A stretch of 32,000 nt of DNA, taken from NCBI GenBank assembly GCA_942493095.1, contig OW818675.1:2730001-2762000 (forward strand), given 5' to 3'. Each line of letters starts with the position of its first letter. Within the stretch, counting starts at the first letter, position 1. This stretch comes from Candidatus Electronema halotolerans (GTDB lineage Bacteria > Desulfobacterota > Desulfobulbia > Desulfobulbales > Desulfobulbaceae). This document shows positions 7,641-18,014 of the stretch, in pieces. A program made the translations under genes and the position numbers. Under the pieces are notes generated by a model. The model made no database searches, was not told where the DNA came from, and saw nothing but the letters and a program-made list of their open reading frames with translations.

Positions 7641-10600
7641 ATGATCATTTCCGACACTGCGGTCAAACAGAACATTGCTGTGATGGTGCTGGGGGTTCTG
7701 ATTCTGATCATCGGCACCTACAGCTACATGACCCTGCCCCGCGAGGCCGAGCCGGATGTCAGCATTCCCCATGTCTTTATTTCGACAAATTATCGCGGCG
7801 TGGCTCCCGGCGACATGGAAACCTCAATCACGATCAAGATTGAGAACAAGCTCAAGGGGTTGGATGGGGTGAAAAATATCAAGTCGGTCAGTGCTGAGGG
7901 CGAGTCAATGATTGATGTCGAGTTTCTCACCGGCATTGACATTGACGACGCGCTGCGCAAGGTCAAGGACAAGGTGGATGAGGCTAAAGGCGACTTGCCT
8001 ACGGATTTGGAAAACGACCCCGCCGTCTTTGAGGTCAACATCTCGGAAATGCCGATTCTGATTTACTCGCTCTCCGGCACCTGCGGCCTGCACTGCCTGA
8101 AACAGATTGCTGATGATCTGGAGGATGAGATTGAGGCCGTGCCCGGCGTGCTGGAGGCAACTGTCACTGGCGGCCAGGAGCGGGAAATCCGCATTGAAGT
8201 TTCTGCGGACAAATTAGCCTATTACGGCATAGCCATCAACACCCTCCAAGCTGCGGTGCAGGGCGAGAACAGCAACACCTCCGGCGGAGCGGTGCATCTT
8301 GGCGACGGCAAGTTTCAGCTCCGGGTGCCGGGCGAGTTCAGCAGCCCGGAGGAGCTGTACGGGCTGGTCGTGGCCTCGCACAACGGTCAGCCGGTTTATT
8401 TGAAAGAGGTGGCCACGGTCTTTGACGGCTTCAAAGAGGAAAGCAGCCGCTCGCGCATGAACGGCCTGACTGCGGTCAACATTGCCGTGAAAAAACGGGT
8501 CGGCGAGAACATCATCGCCATTGCCAAAGAAGTGGAGAACATCATTGCGAAGCGGCAGCCGACTTGGCCGAGCGGCACCGATATCACCAAGGTCATGGAC
8601 AAGGCTAAGGACACAGAAACTATGGTTGCGGACCTGGAGAACAACATCCTCACCGGTTTGGTCTTGGTGCTGGCAGTCATCTTCTTTGCTATGGGCTTCC
8701 GCAATGCGGTGATGGTCAGCTTGGCGATTCCCTTTTCCATGCTGCTTTCTTTCACTATCCTCCAGATGATGGGCATCACCCTGAACATGGTTGTTCTGTT
8801 CAGCCTGACCTTGGCCTTGGGCATGCTGGTCGATAATGCGATTGTCATTATTGAAAACATCTATCGCTTTATGGAACAGGGAGCAGGCCGGGTGGAGGCG
8901 GCCATGAAAGCCACTTCGGAAGTGGCTCTGCCGGTGATCGGCTCAACCCTGACCACCTTGGCCGCCTTCTCGCCCATGCTCTGGTGGCCGGGCATCATGG
9001 GCGATTTTATGAAATATCTGCCCCTGACCCTGATCATCACCCTGTCCGCCAGCCTCTTTGTCGCCTTGGTGATCAATCCAGCCTTTGCCTCATTGTTCAT
9101 GAAAAGCCCGGCCAAGGCGGCGCAAAGCCAAAGCAAAGGGGATTCTTGGGAGCAGCCGATTGAAATCAAAGGGCCGCTGCTGCGTTCGTACAGCGGCCTG
9201 CTCCGCTTCTGTCTGCGCCATCCTCTGGTGCTGCTGGCCAGCGCAGTGTTTGTAATGATTTTCATGATTCAGGCTTGGCTGCTGCGGGTGGGCCTGAAAA
9301 CGCCGGTGGAGTTCTTTCCCAGCACAGAGCCGAAGGGCATCTATGTCAACGCTGACATGCCGGAAGGTGCTGATTTGGATTATATTGACAGGATTTTGGA
9401 GCAGGTGGAGCAGGCTGTTGCAGGTGATGACCGTCGTAGGGGCGAAAGATCTTTCGCCCCTACGACAACATCTCTTGCCCCTACAGACGGCCCCAGCGAC
9501 TTGAAAAACGTCAGAATCATCTACACCAAGGCGGTCTCAGCCAGCACGGGCAGCTCGGAATTTGAAGCCAACACGCCCAATCATGTCGGCATCCGCTTCC
9601 TTGATCTGGCCGAGCGGGCCGAATCCAGCCGCGCCACTGTGGAGCAGATCAGAAAGCGGATTGCCGAGATACCCGGAGCAAAGCTGACTGTGGCCTTGGA
9701 GGCGGAAGGGCCGCCCACTGGCGAGCCGATCAACCTTGAAATTGCCGGCGACAGCTTTGCCGTGCTGGGCGAGATTGCCAAAGAAATCAAGAAAGCCTTG
9801 GCCAAGCTGCCGCATGTTGAGGACATCCGCGACAACTTTGTTGAGGGCACCCCTTCAGTGCGGGTGCGGATTGACCGGCAGAAGGCGGCCCGCTTCGGCC
9901 TGAGCACCGGCAGCATCGGCTTTGCTCTCAAGGCAGCCTACAACGGCCTGATTGTCTCCTCGTTCCGCGACGGCAGCGACGACTACGACATCACGGTGCA
10001 GCTCCCGGAAAAAGACAGGCAGGTCACGGACGTGCTCCGCAAGCTGCTGATTCCCGCACCCAATGGCACGACTGTGCCCCTCTCCACCTTGGCGGATATT
10101 GACATCACCGGCTCAATGGGCAGCATCAGCCGGATCAACGGCGAGCGGGTGGTGACGGTCAAAGCCAATGTTGATGAGACGAAAGTGACCGGCGCGGTGC
10201 TGCGGCAGCAGGCTGAGAAGCTGCTTGCCCAGATGCCGCTGCCGCCCGGTTATCGCGTCACCTTCACCGGCGAGAACCAGGAGCAGCAGGAGTCTCAGGA
10301 TTTCCTCAGCAAGGCATTCGCTGTGGCCCTGCTTCTGATCTTCCTGATTCTTGTGACCCAGTTCAACTCGGTCAGCCAGCCCTTCCTGATCATGACCTCG
10401 GTTGTCCTGTCTATGGGCGGAGCCTTTCTCGGCCTGATGCTCTACAAAATGCCTTTCGGAGTCATCATGACCGGCATCGGGGTGATTTCGCTGGCAGGCG
10501 TGGTGGTGAACAACGCCATCGTCCTGATCGACTACACCAACCTGCTGCGGACACGCGGCATTTCTGTGCGCGAGGCCGTGGTTGCCGCTGGAGCCACCCG

Positions 10601-10898
10601 CCTGCGCCCTGTGCTCCTGACGGCAATCACCACCATTCTTGGCTTGGTGCCTATGGTCACAGGCGTATCCTATGATTTTCGCAATCTGGCGGTGTCGTGG
10701 GTCAGCGAATCAAGCCAGTTTTGGCAGTCAATGGCTGTGGCCGTCATTTTCGGCCTGATGGCCGCCACCTTCCTGACGCTGGTGGTCGTTCCGGTGCTCT
10801 ACTTCCTGCTGGAGCGGGGCAAGGAGCGGATTGCGGCTGGACGGGAGGCGGTGGAGAGAAAACGGCTGGAGCTGTATCAGGTGCTGGCGGGAGAATGA
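7641..10898 (+). CDS. RND-family efflux transporter permease (AcrB/MexF-like)
   Basis: 1085 aa: TLPREAEPDVSIPHVFISTNYRGVAPGDMETSIT, TLALGMLVDNAIVIIENIYRFME, GVISLAGVVVNNAIVLIDYTNLLR, TAITTILGLVPMV. Confidence 0.95.
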   Translation: MIISDTAVKQNIAVMVLGVLILIIGTYSYMTLPREAEPDVSIPHVFISTNYRGVAPGDMETSITIKIENKLKGLDGVKNIKSVSAEGESMIDVEFLTGIDIDDALRKVKDKVDEAKGDLPTDLENDPAVFEVNISEMPILIYSLSGTCGLHCLKQIADDLEDEIEAVPGVLEATVTGGQEREIRIEVSADKLAYYGIAINTLQAAVQGENSNTSGGAVHLGDGKFQLRVPGEFSSPEELYGLVVASHNGQPVYLKEVATVFDGFKEESSRSRMNGLTAVNIAVKKRVGENIIAIAKEVENIIAKRQPTWPSGTDITKVMDKAKDTETMVADLENNILTGLVLVLAVIFFAMGFRNAVMVSLAIPFSMLLSFTILQMMGITLNMVVLFSLTLALGMLVDNAIVIIENIYRFMEQGAGRVEAAMKATSEVALPVIGSTLTTLAAFSPMLWWPGIMGDFMKYLPLTLIITLSASLFVALVINPAFASLFMKSPAKAAQSQSKGDSWEQPIEIKGPLLRSYSGLLRFCLRHPLVLLASAVFVMIFMIQAWLLRVGLKTPVEFFPSTEPKGIYVNADMPEGADLDYIDRILEQVEQAVAGDDRRRGERSFAPTTTSLAPTDGPSDLKNVRIIYTKAVSASTGSSEFEANTPNHVGIRFLDLAERAESSRATVEQIRKRIAEIPGAKLTVALEAEGPPTGEPINLEIAGDSFAVLGEIAKEIKKALAKLPHVEDIRDNFVEGTPSVRVRIDRQKAARFGLSTGSIGFALKAAYNGLIVSSFRDGSDDYDITVQLPEKDRQVTDVLRKLLIPAPNGTTVPLSTLADIDITGSMGSISRINGERVVTVKANVDETKVTGAVLRQQAEKLLAQMPLPPGYRVTFTGENQEQQESQDFLSKAFAVALLLIFLILVTQFNSVSQPFLIMTSVVLSMGGAFLGLMLYKMPFGVIMTGIGVISLAGVVVNNAIVLIDYTNLLRTRGISVREAVVAAGATRLRPVLLTAITTILGLVPMVTGVSYDFRNLAVSWVSESSQFWQSMAVAVIFGLMAATFLTLVVVPVLYFLLERGKERIAAGREAVERKRLELYQVLAGE
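9433..9466. repeat. 34-bp perfect palindrome inside the RND ORF
   Basis: gtcgtaggggcgaaagatctttcgcccctacgac equals its own reverse complement. It is followed at about 9474-9487 by the partial copy cttgcccctacaga. Confidence 0.95.
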
Positions 10899-10959
10899 TG
10901 AAGATGTGGATTCAAGTTCCAAGTGCAACTTTTTGGCAGGCTCCCAAGAATAGCTGTCA

Positions 10960-11105
10960 AGACCCGGATGGTTGACGGGTGCCGGTTAAGCTGCAAGGCT
11001 ATAGCGGATGGCTTGCAATCCTGCTTGCTTCAAAGCGTAAATCTGGTTACGTTCTGATTCGGTGAGTTGTGTGGCGATTCTGCATGCGCGCTCCTCTTGC
11101 TTGGC
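10960..11105 (-). pseudogene. IS30-family transposase N-terminal (HTH) remnant, frameshifted
   Basis: The minus strand encodes ATQLTESERNQIYALKQAGLQ and then, in another frame, LNRHPSTI. Both match the IS30 N-terminal HTH region in order. Confidence 0.65.
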
Positions 11106-11200
11106 GGTAAGAAATGAGCCATCATGCTACCACAACTCACTCTTTTCTCAAACCAGCAAAAGTTGCACTTACAACTTGAATTCACCGTTTCCAAACAACA

Positions 11201-11983
11201 ATGGAACTCCTCGCCGACACTCATCTGCATCTCTATCCCTGCTATCATTTCGACCACGCCTTTTCCCTTCTGCTTGACCGGCTGGCAGGACAGAATCCGC
11301 AGGCAGTCTTTGCTGCCTGTCTTGCCGAGCGTGCCGACTGTCATCTGTATGACCTGTTGCTGGCAGGCAAGGCGGTTCTCAAGGATTTCAGGCTGGAACA
11401 GGCAGACAGGCAGCAGCTTGTCCTGCGGCGCAGCAGTGACGGCAGGCTCCTGCATCTGCTGCCAGGCCGCCAAATTGTGGCGGCGGAGCGAATCGAAGTG
11501 CTGGCACTCTGCACAGACGCGCTCTTTGCGGATGGCCTTCCAGCAGCAGAGCTGATCCGTTCCATCCAAGAAAAAAACGGGGTGCCAGTGCTGCCTTGGT
11601 CGCCGGGCAAATGGCTCTTCCGGCGCGGCAAGGTCATTGCCGCCTTGCTGCGAGATTTCACCCCGCAAGACCTGCTGCTCGGCGATGTCAGCCTACGGCC
11701 TCAAGGCTGGCCGCTGCCGTTGCTGATGCGCCGGGGCAGACGGCTTGGTTATGCAATCATCAGCGGCTCTGATCCCCTGCCATTCAGCGGCGAGGAACAG
11801 CAGTTCGGCCTGTGCGGCTCCCGGCTTGTCTCGACAGAACAGAATGTCACGCCCGGCGAGCTGCTGCGCCACCTGCTGACAGGCAAAGCGGCGGCTGCGA
11901 ATTTTGGCCGCCGTTCCAGCCTGTTTGCAGTGTTGCGAAGGCTGCGCTGCAATGCCGCCGCAAGCAAGCACTCTCTCTCTTGA
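11201..11983 (+). CDS. PHP/metal-dependent hydrolase-like hypothetical protein
   Basis: 260 aa, N-terminal MELLADTHLHLYPCYHFDHAF (DTHLHLYP motif). The remainder is not a recognised family by eye. Confidence 0.55.
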   Translation: MELLADTHLHLYPCYHFDHAFSLLLDRLAGQNPQAVFAACLAERADCHLYDLLLAGKAVLKDFRLEQADRQQLVLRRSSDGRLLHLLPGRQIVAAERIEVLALCTDALFADGLPAAELIRSIQEKNGVPVLPWSPGKWLFRRGKVIAALLRDFTPQDLLLGDVSLRPQGWPLPLLMRRGRRLGYAIISGSDPLPFSGEEQQFGLCGSRLVSTEQNVTPGELLRHLLTGKAAAANFGRRSSLFAVLRRLRCNAAASKHSLS

Positions 11984-12003
11984 GCCATGCGCCACGCAAT
12001 AGG

Positions 12004-12576
12004 TTAGCCGCAAGCACCCCCGGCATCGTTGTCTTTGTTATTTCTTGAGGAGGACTGGCCGAAAAAATAGCCGAGAATGACTAAAAAGCCGTTGCTGAGA
12101 ACCTGAGATTCCCAGCCAAAGACCATGCCGACGATCAATGAGAACGTGAGCAGAAGCAGAACAACTGCCCCGACAATAGAAGCAGCGGATTCGCGCTGAA
12201 GAAAGGACAGCCAGATTTTTGATTTGCGCTCAAGGCCGTCAAGTCGTTGCTGCTCAAGTTTTATTTGGCTATCTAATTCTTGCCGTTCTTTTTGATAACG
12301 CGATGATTCTGCTCGTAATACATCAAGCTCTTGAGTTAATTTTTCTTTTATTCCGCCTTCAGGGAGCTGTTCTATTAGCTCTTGGAGATTTTCAACCTTT
12401 TCGCTTGATAAAGTATTCTGGATTTGATCTAGAATTGTCTTTTTCTGTTCAAGAAAAGCATAATTATTATATATATGCACTTCTCCTCCGCCAATAATAT
12501 CAATACCTTTATGCTTGGCACTCTCAGAAGAGATAGAATTGCTGCTTTCATCGCATACTTCAATTTCTTGCCCCAT
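12004..12576 (-). CDS. Hypothetical coiled-coil protein with C-terminal 2-TM hairpin
   Basis: 190 aa: GIDIIGGGEVHIYNN, long coiled-coil (EKLTQELDVLRAESSRYQKERQELDSQIKLEQQRLDGLERK), then two hydrophobic segments. Starts 13 bp after the htrA stop. Confidence 0.6.
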   Translation of the reverse strand: MGQEIEVCDESSNSISSESAKHKGIDIIGGGEVHIYNNYAFLEQKKTILDQIQNTLSSEKVENLQELIEQLPEGGIKEKLTQELDVLRAESSRYQKERQELDSQIKLEQQRLDGLERKSKIWLSFLQRESAASIVGAVVLLLLTFSLIVGMVFGWESQVLSNGFLVILGYFFGQSSSRNNKDNDAGGACG

Positions 12577-12588
12577 AGTTCTTCCTCC

Positions 12589-13698
<1,110 letters not shown>

Positions 13699-13785
13699 CA
13701 GAGCCTGAGCAGATAGAGAAGAAAATACAGTCCTGCAATAATCAGCAGGGCCACGGCATGAGAAAGATGAAAGGAACGCATCATG

Positions 13786-15189
13786 TTAGAGATTGAGCAG
13801 ATATTTGGCCACCCAAAAATAAAGCGTGATGCTGAGAACGTCAATGGTGGTGGTGTTGAAAGGGCCGGTGGCGATGGCCGCGTCAATATGGAGCCGTTTG
13901 AGAAGAATGGGCACAGCACTGCCAAGACTGGCAGCCATGATCATGACCGTGCAGACAGAAATGCCCACCACCACCCCAAGATAGGCCGAGTCAGTGTATT
14001 TGAAAATGGCAGTCAGGCCGAGCAGTGCCCCGAAAAGCACACCCATAGAGATGCCGAGGAGAAACTCTCGGCCCAGAATTTGAAAAAAATGGGAAATGTT
14101 GACCCGGCCCGTGGCCATGCCCCGAATAACAATGGTGCTGGACTGGTTGGCGATATTGCCGCCCATGCCTGCGATGATCGGCATGAACGAGGCCAAGGCC
14201 AGCACCTTTTGCAGCTCCTGCTGAAAGCTGCTGATGATGAACATGGCCGAGACCCCGCCGATCCACGAGGCAAAAAGCCACGGCGCACGGAGGATGATTT
14301 TCTGATGCAGGGGTTTGAACAGGATTTCATTGTCCTTGCCTGCGCCCGCCATCTGGAAAAATTCTTCCGTGGCTTCCTCGCGGATGACATCAATCACGTC
14401 ATCCACAGTGATGATGCCGACCAATCTGAACGAGGCATCCACCACTGGAATGGCGAGCAGATTGTATTGGGAGACAACATGGGCCACCTCGCTTTGGTCC
14501 GTGTCTGTGGTCACAGAGATGACCTTGGTGTTCATGATGTTTTTGAGCTGGCGGTGCATGGGGTGGAGGAGCAGCTCGCGCAGGGAAAGCACTCCGGCGA
14601 GCTGGCCGTCGCCGTAGGTGATGTAGAGATAAAAGACCATCTCCTTGTCCTCGCTCCGTTTCTGCACCCTGCTGATCGCCTCCTCAACAGTCAGCTCCTC
14701 ATCCAGATACATGAAGTCCGGCGACATGATGCCGCCTGCGCTGTCAGGATCGTACTTGAGCAGCTCCTCGACTTCGTCCCGGTGGTCGCGTTGGAGACAG
14801 GTCTGGACTTCGGCGGCCAATTCCTCCGGGATGGCGGCCAGCAAGTCGGCGGCATCGTCCGGGGCCATTTTGCCCACCACTTCGGCAAGGTAGGCAGGCG
14901 TGACATCTTCGACCAGCTCCAGCAGAATGGAATCATCCAGCTCGCTGAAGAAGTCGGCCACCAAATCCGTGCCAGCTATGACTTCAAAAATCGTCTTCCG
15001 TTCCGCCGGAGCCAGGGAGCGAAAAACCCAAGACAGATCAGCGGGATGGGTCTTGAGCACCAGTTTGAGAATATTCTCGGTCGCACCCCGGCGCTGGAGG
15101 CGGCGCAGGGTGTCAAGCAGCACCTTGCCCTCAAAGCCGATCATTTCCCGTTTTGTCGTTTTTTCCATGAGCATTTTCTGCCTGCGCAT
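13786..15189 (-). CDS. mgtE: Magnesium transporter MgtE
   Basis: 467 aa: MgtE N domain, CBS pair, PIIAGMGGNIANQSSTIVIRGMATG and C-terminal TM domain. Confidence 0.93.
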   Translation of the reverse strand: MRRQKMLMEKTTKREMIGFEGKVLLDTLRRLQRRGATENILKLVLKTHPADLSWVFRSLAPAERKTIFEVIAGTDLVADFFSELDDSILLELVEDVTPAYLAEVVGKMAPDDAADLLAAIPEELAAEVQTCLQRDHRDEVEELLKYDPDSAGGIMSPDFMYLDEELTVEEAISRVQKRSEDKEMVFYLYITYGDGQLAGVLSLRELLLHPMHRQLKNIMNTKVISVTTDTDQSEVAHVVSQYNLLAIPVVDASFRLVGIITVDDVIDVIREEATEEFFQMAGAGKDNEILFKPLHQKIILRAPWLFASWIGGVSAMFIISSFQQELQKVLALASFMPIIAGMGGNIANQSSTIVIRGMATGRVNISHFFQILGREFLLGISMGVLFGALLGLTAIFKYTDSAYLGVVVGISVCTVMIMAASLGSAVPILLKRLHIDAAIATGPFNTTTIDVLSITLYFWVAKYLLNL

Positions 15190-15348
15190 AATAAAGTTCC
15201 TAGACAGGTTTTATGGGCAGACACAACTGACAACCCTTGCCCGCCATTTTTTTTGAGGCACTGATTGGAACGGGCTGGTGCAGGAGAAAACTTGCAGAAA
15301 CGAAAGCAGAAACTGCTGTCAATTTACGCAGCCATCATGCCCTCCCAG

Positions 15349-15549
15349 TCAGTCGAACAGCCCGCTGCGCCGGGCCACATAACAAAGCAGCAGACCTGCG
15401 CCCAAGGCGGTCAGGCCCATCATCCGCAGCCGGTCCGGCTCCATCTCGGCCAATTGCCTGAGCCACTGCTGCATGGCTTCCGGCCAAGCCACATAAGGCA
15501 GTCCTTCGAAAATCAGCACCAAGCCGACCAACGTGATCAGTGTTTTCAT
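15349..15549 (-). CDS. DUF2065-family small membrane protein
   Basis: 66 aa MKTLITLVGLVLIFEGLPYVAWPEAMQQWLRQL...LRMMGLTALGAGLLLCYVAR, typical of DUF2065/YjeT-like proteins. Confidence 0.7.
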   Translation of the reverse strand: MKTLITLVGLVLIFEGLPYVAWPEAMQQWLRQLAEMEPDRLRMMGLTALGAGLLLCYVARRSGLFD

Positions 15550-15600
15550 GTCAGCAGCCTACCAAAAGAAGCATCTGCTTGCAATCCCCATGCAAAGATA

Positions 15601-15628
15601 TTGACAAGCAGGGCAAAAAAAGTAATGT
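15601..15628 (+). promoter_or_regulatory. Candidate sigma70 promoter upstream of purM
   Basis: TTGACA (15601-15606), 16-nt spacer, TAATGT (15623-15628). purM ATG at 15706. Confidence 0.4.
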
Positions 15629-15705
15629 TGACAAGCCGCTGTTCCGGCGGCAGGGGCAGTGGCACGGCTGCTGCTTTTCCACGACTTCAGGCATATCAGC
15701 AACAA

Positions 15706-16779
15706 ATGACAACTTCAGAAAAGCCAGTTTCCCGCTACAGCGGGGCCGGGGTTGATATTGACAAGGGCAACGCCTTTGTCTCGCGGATCAAAAATCTTGT
15801 CAAGGCCACGCACGGGCCGCAGGCGCTTGACGACATTGGCGGCTTTTCCGGCTTGTTCAGCCTTGGCGGAAACGCGCTGCACGAGCCGGTGCTGGTGGCC
15901 TCCACCGACGGCGTGGGCACCAAGCTCAAAATCGCCCAGCTCTGCGGCAAGCACGACACCATCGGCATTGATCTGGTGGCCATGTGCGTCAATGACGTGA
16001 TCGTCTGCGGGGCCAAACCGCTTTTCTTTCTCGACTACTTTGCCTGCTCCTCGCTTGATCTGGAAGCGGCGGAAGACGTGGTCAAGGGCATTGCCGCTGG
16101 CTGCAAGCAGGCTGGCTGCGCCCTGATCGGCGGCGAGACCGCAGAAATGCCGGGTATGTATCAGCCGGGCGACTACGACTTGGCAGGCTTCACAGTCGGA
16201 ATCTGCGAGCGGGCCGCGATCATTGACAAGAACAGCATTCAGCCGGGCGACAAGATCATCGGTCTGGCCTCCTCCGGCCTGCATTCCAACGGCTATTCCT
16301 TGGTGCGCAAAATCGTTTTTGAGGAGCTGGGCCTGCACGTGAGCGATCAGGTGCCGGAGCTGGGCTGCACCCTTGGCGAGGAGCTGCTCAAGCCGACCCG
16401 CATTTACGTGGCTCCGGTGCTGCAAGCCTTGGCCCGCTGCAAAATCAGAGGCTTGGTCCATATCACGGGCGGCGGCTTTTTTGACAACATTCCCAGAGTG
16501 CTGCCCAGCGGCTGCAAGGCCGTGATTGACAAAGGGAGCTGGGAGGTGCCGAAGATTTTCTCCTTCCTGCAAGAGAAAGGCAGTGTTGCTGAGGCGGAAA
16601 TGTTCCGCACCTTCAACATGGGCATTGGCATGATGGTCGTGGTTGCCAGCGCGGATGCCGAGCCGCTCATGGAGCAATTCCGGGCCGCAGGGGAAACGCC
16701 GTTCCTGCTCGGCGAGATGCAGACTGCTGAGGCAGGAGAAGCGCAAGTGCTGATCAACGGCCTGAACAGTTGTGATTGA
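15706..16779 (+). CDS. purM: Phosphoribosylformylglycinamidine cyclo-ligase
   Basis: MTTSEKPVSRYSGAGVDIDKGNAFVSRIKNLVK, TDGVGTKLKIA, GGETAEMPGMY, HITGGGFFDNIPRVLP. The longer open frame from 15265 is probably not translated. Confidence 0.95.
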   Translation: MTTSEKPVSRYSGAGVDIDKGNAFVSRIKNLVKATHGPQALDDIGGFSGLFSLGGNALHEPVLVASTDGVGTKLKIAQLCGKHDTIGIDLVAMCVNDVIVCGAKPLFFLDYFACSSLDLEAAEDVVKGIAAGCKQAGCALIGGETAEMPGMYQPGDYDLAGFTVGICERAAIIDKNSIQPGDKIIGLASSGLHSNGYSLVRKIVFEELGLHVSDQVPELGCTLGEELLKPTRIYVAPVLQALARCKIRGLVHITGGGFFDNIPRVLPSGCKAVIDKGSWEVPKIFSFLQEKGSVAEAEMFRTFNMGIGMMVVVASADAEPLMEQFRAAGETPFLLGEMQTAEAGEAQVLINGLNSCD

Positions 16780-16869
16780 AGCGCAGTCGCGGAATGGGTA
16801 AGATGATGCAGTCTGCGGCAGCAAGGCCGTCCATTGCAACCACATACTTGATTGAACGGAGGTTCTGCC

Positions 16870-17244
16870 ATGCGGCGGATGATTATATTGTTTTTCTCTT
16901 TGCTGCTCTTGTCCAGCTGCTCCTACAAGCCGGTGCGCCATCTCGCCTCGGACGCAGCCCTGATCAAGGCGGGCAAATCCACCCGCGAGGACGTGCTGCG
17001 CTATCTGGGCGAGCCGGACAACCGCCGCACTATCGGGCCGGACGAGGAGGAATACCTCTACGCCGAGACCCGTAAAGGCGCACTCGGCAGCATGCCGCTC
17101 TTTGGCAAATTAGTGGATCCAGCCAGTCAGGAAATGGTGATTGTCACCCTGAAAGGCGGGACAGTGAGCAACTGCGAGTTCCGCCTCTTGCGCAAAGATG
17201 ATCAGGCGTGGCGGAAAGATGCGGACTGGGAAAAGGTGGAATAA
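16870..17244 (+). CDS. SmpA/BamE-like outer-membrane lipoprotein
   Basis: Lipobox LLLLSSC, AALIKAGKSTREDVLRYLGEPDNRRTIGPDEEEYLYAETRK. Confidence 0.65.
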   Translation: MRRMIILFFSLLLLSSCSYKPVRHLASDAALIKAGKSTREDVLRYLGEPDNRRTIGPDEEEYLYAETRKGALGSMPLFGKLVDPASQEMVIVTLKGGTVSNCEFRLLRKDDQAWRKDADWEKVE

Positions 17245-17303
17245 GGCCTGAGCGGCTGGCACGAAGACGTGCAGACTGATGATCAGCACAGGAAGGTTAT
17301 AAA

Positions 17304-17930
17304 ATGATTGCCCATCTTTCCGGCATCCTCCTCAGCAAAGACCCTGCCGCGCTGGTCATCAACGTGCAGGGGGTCGGCTATGAGGTGCATGTCTCCAGCA
17401 GCACAGCCCGCAGCCTGCCGCCGCCTGGTGAAACAGTCTCGCTCCACATTCACACCAATGTGCGCGAGGATGCCATCACGCTGTACGGCTTCCCGGACAG
17501 CAGTCAGAAACGGCTTTTCCTCCTCCTCAACAGCGTCTCCGGGGTCGGCCCCAAGCTGGCCTTGGCCATTCTCTCCGGCATGGAGCCTGCCGAATTGTGC
17601 AATGCGGTCAACCTCAAGGATGTCAAACGCCTGACCGCCCTGCCCGGTGTGGGCAAAAAGACGGCGGAGCGGCTCTGTATGGAGCTGGCCGACAAAGTTG
17701 CCGCCTTTGCTGTGGAATTTGGCGGCCAAGCTGCGCTCAAGCCGCCCGGCCCAGTGCCGGTCAGCGAGGGCTTTGCCATGCAGGACGCAGCCTCAGCCTT
17801 GGTCAATCTCGGCTATCCGCAGGAAACCGCTTGGCAGGCCCTGCGCACTGTGCAGCAGGCTGATCCGGTCGCAGCAGCGGCCATGACAGCGGGCGAGCTG
17901 ATCCGCGTCGCTCTGCGCTCCTTGGCCTGA
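17304..17930 (+). CDS. ruvA: Holliday junction branch migration protein RuvA
   Basis: MIAHLSGILLSKDPAALVINVQGVGYEVHVSSST, VSGVGPKLALAILSG, ALPGVGKKTAERLCMEL. Confidence 0.95.
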   Translation: MIAHLSGILLSKDPAALVINVQGVGYEVHVSSSTARSLPPPGETVSLHIHTNVREDAITLYGFPDSSQKRLFLLLNSVSGVGPKLALAILSGMEPAELCNAVNLKDVKRLTALPGVGKKTAERLCMELADKVAAFAVEFGGQAALKPPGPVPVSEGFAMQDAASALVNLGYPQETAWQALRTVQQADPVAAAAMTAGELIRVALRSLA

Positions 17931-18014
17931 AGCGGGCTGCCCGAGCTGAGTCGCAGGTCACGGCAAACGCATGACCTGCGGATGCAAATCCTGTCAACAA
18001 AAGTGATACTGTGA

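Noticed and set aside
13783-15264. 493-aa plus-strand ORF antisense to mgtE
   Set aside because: It is His/Gln/Asp-rich shadow translation of a clear mgtE gene. GC-rich coding DNA produces such open antisense frames.
15265-15705. 147-codon N-terminal extension of purM
   Set aside because: It overlaps the DUF2065 gene on the other strand, lacks similarity to PurM, and canonical PurM sequence begins at 15706. A promoter-like TTGACA/TAATGT lies inside it.
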